In this document: piece by piece, positions 61,321 to 64,000 of the stretch | Layout of the letters: the number at the start of each line of letters is the position of its first letter | How positions within the stretch are numbered: position 1 is the stretch's first letter | Assembly (NCBI GenBank): GCA_000388065.2 | Contig: KB932204.1 | Reading direction: 5' to 3' (one strand) | DNA from: Fonticula alba ATCC 38817 | Lineage: Eukaryota; Protista; Nucleariida | DNA: 64,000 nucleotides | The notes under the pieces: generated by a model | Database searches by the model: none | What the model was told of the DNA's origin: nothing | Seen by the model: the letters and a program-made list of their open reading frames with translations, nothing else | Translations under genes and position numbers: made by a program

Positions 61321-64000
61321 ATGTCCTCCTACTCTTCGTTCTCCCTCTCGACCTCGGCGGGGTCGGCGCCCCCCTCAACAGGCGCGTCGGCCTCGGCATC
61401 CCCCCTGCTAGCGGACACCCCCTCGCCATCATCCTCGCTGCCGCGGTACCGGAGCCTCTCGCGACAGGAGATGACCCGTCAGCATGAGGAGTTTCTTCGG
61501 AATCGAGCCGACCCACCGGCAGCCAACACCTCGGGCGACACTACAGCCCCCCGGCGATCGCTGTCTGTGGCACCCGTCGAGCCAGTGGAGCCGCAGCCAT
61601 TCGCCCCGCGTCCGGCGCCGATCGCTTCACGTCCGGGGCCAGCTGCCGCCGGCCCGAGCGTGTCGGCCTCGACGGCCGCCGCCTTTGGACAGCCCTTTCA
61701 CCCGCTGGCCCCGCGGCAGCCTCTGCCAGCGGCCGTTGCCTTCGGCCGGTCACACCTCCACCCGTACCAGCATGTGGCCGATCGCACACAATCAGCTCCG
61801 GCCCCGCTGGTCCCTGACGCCGGCGGCAATCCGCTGACCAGTGCTGTGCATGGCACATATCCCCGCCCGGCTGCCAGTGCCTTCGCCGAGGTGCCGGTCT
61901 CTGTGACGGCACCCCTGCTGGCCCCGGGTTCGCTGCGTCCCGGGGAGAACCCGCTGCTTGAGCAGATTGCCCCGGCGGCTGAGCCTCCCTCGCCGCTGGG
62001 CGACTCGGACTCCGAGTACCTTGGCTCCTCGGTGGACACGCCGTCCCGGCGATCGACAACCGGCGGCCCGGCCACGCCACAGACCGTTCGCCGGCCGCGG
62101 GCCGCGCAATTCCCCACCGATGAGTCGCGCATCTTCTTCCCCGGATCCTACTCCACTTACCCGGTGGGAAACCTCCTCTTTTTCGGCGACGACGAGGAGG
62201 ACGCTGCGCCGGGTGCTGAGCCGGAGTCGGGTCCGGCTCCCACTCGGGTGGCCGACTCGCCGGCACTGCTGGCCCGCCGGCCCCCGGCCACCCTTGCCAC
62301 CACTGCCGGTGCACCTGGCGGCAGCAAATGCGACGTCTGTGACTCGCTGGAGGACTACATCCGGCAGATGGAGAAGGCCGCCCGATCCATGGCGCATAAC
62401 AGCATCCAATATGAGGCCAAGATCATGAGCTGCCATCGGTACTACCAGGCCAAGATCGCCAGCGTTTCCCAAGTGCGCCGCCCACTTCAATCCACCCCCC
62501 CTCCCCCCCCCCTCCCTCCATCCAGCTTGCACTTTGAGTCCTGACAGTCGCTTGCGCCATGTAGGCTCGTGGTCACATGGTTCCCGGTGATGCTAGCCAG
62601 GAAACGCTGTCTCTCCTGTCGGCCAAGGCCCTTGGGAGTCTGCATAACATCCTGAATAGCCTATCGCTCCAGATCGATGCGGCTCTGTCGACACAGGGGC
62701 TGCTGCTTCCCCGGGCTCCGGGAGGGGCTGGTACGGGCGAATTGGCGACCGCCCATGCCAAGGCCCGGGCCGTCTACCGGGAGAGCGCACTGGTGTTCAG
62801 TGACCTGCTGAAGGAGCACCCATTGACCGAGGCACACTTGACCTCGCTGACTCTGGAGCAGGGGTGTCAGATCTTGGAAAGGTATCCTCAAGTGTGCTTG
62901 TCTCTCGTCTGTCCACTGTGGGCATGTCCTTCTGACTGACGCGGTTCCACCCAGTCACATTCACTTCGCCCACAACCTGGTGTCCATTGCCCTGGACTCG
63001 GGCCCGATTGGCTCCTTCCTCGGTCGAGGCGTGGCCCTACTCAAGCACTTGGCCCAGCAGATGACCATGTTCCGGGTGGCCGCCCAGCGGGAATCCCTCA
63101 CTGAGGAGAGTATCCGCCGGAAACTGGTAGGTGGCCATGCTTCGCTTACATTTCCCTCTAGACCGGCCTCCAACTAACCCCACTTCCCTCTCCTTCTCCC
63201 TCCCTCTCTCTCCCTCTCTCTCCCTCCCTCTCCCACACACACTTGCCCCGGCACAGGATGACCAGTACCTTGCGGCGCTGCGGAAGTCCGATCAGGAGCG
63301 AGACATCGCGAAACGCCTGCTCGAGGAAGCGGCTCGGCGACAGACACGCTCGGATTACGAGCTGGCCGGGGCCAATTCCAAAATTGCCGCACTGGAGGAG
63401 TTGCTTGCGACAGAGCGAGCGCGTGTGGCCGACCTCGAGGCAGCCAATGCTGCTCTGAAGGACCAAGTCCAGCAACTGGAGGATCAGCGGCTGATTGATC
63501 AGGCCCGCGCGCGCGAGCAAGAGTCCAAGCAGCAAGCTCGTGCTCGGGAATTGGCCGAGCAGCTGACACTCGAGCGGGCGCGCGCCAGCGAACGGGAAAC
63601 GGTCCTGAACAAGCGCATGCGCGATCTGGCCGCCGAGGTGGCTGCCTTGGAGTCCGAGAAGGCCCAGGTCGTGGCCGAGGCGGAGGCAGGGCTCCGCCAG
63701 AGCGAGGCCCAATCGGCGGCGGATCTGGCGGATCTGCGGGCATCCATTCGACAGCTTCGTGGCAAGCTGCAGGTGGCCGACGAGCGGAATGCGCAGGGCC
63801 GCGCCGATACGGAGCATCTTCGGCTGCAAAATGCCCAACTTGAGCGCCAACTGACGGAAAGCATGGCGGAACTGCGCCAGGACAACCACCAGTTGGGGGA
63901 GTCTCTGCGTGCGATGGAAGCCGAGCTGGTGGATGCGCGCGAGAGCGCCACGCGCGCTGATGGTCAATACCGCCAGTTGCGCGATGAGCACCGGCGCCTG
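61321..64000 (+). CDS. Long coiled-coil protein, 5' part only (runs off the window)
   Basis: Ser/Pro/Ala-rich N-terminus, CDVC motif, helical exons (LEDYIRQMEKAARSM; LGSLHNILNSLSLQID; LLKHLAQQMTMF), then a continuous heptad-rich exon from about 63260 to the window end (KIAALEELLATERARVADLEAANAALKDQVQQLE). Confidence 0.75.

Overview
Eukaryotic, GC-rich, intron-rich draft-genome DNA with eight N gaps, most flanked by poly-G/C runs or (GA)n. Introns typically have GTNCGT-type donors, C/CT-rich tracts and CTRAC/CTAAY branch points. The gene set and sequence style suggest a unicellular opisthokont, possibly a Fonticula-like holomycotan amoeba; this is inference only. Spliced genes reconstructed by hand: Rab21, a CUB-like type I membrane receptor, an Fe-S L-serine dehydratase (SdaA type) with a transit-like leader, mitochondrial SSB, RPL37A/eL43, a divergent sideroflexin, PDH E1-alpha, 2-oxoglutarate dehydrogenase E2 (DLST), KEOPS PCC1/LAGE3, MMAB, an SMYD-type SET-MYND protein, POP1, ACAA2-type thiolase and a PX-BAR sorting nexin. 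There are also several orphan genes, a partial coiled-coil gene and a small tandem-HTH ORF, plus three tRNA genes: Val(AAC), Arg(ACG) and Glu(CTC). The main observation is that seven predicted mitochondrial genes lie within about 40 kb. Six of them could form a serine import -> pyruvate -> acetyl-CoA/succinyl-CoA route. No CRISPR array, rRNA or supported mobile element was found. Most ORFs in the supplied track are antisense or low-complexity shadows.
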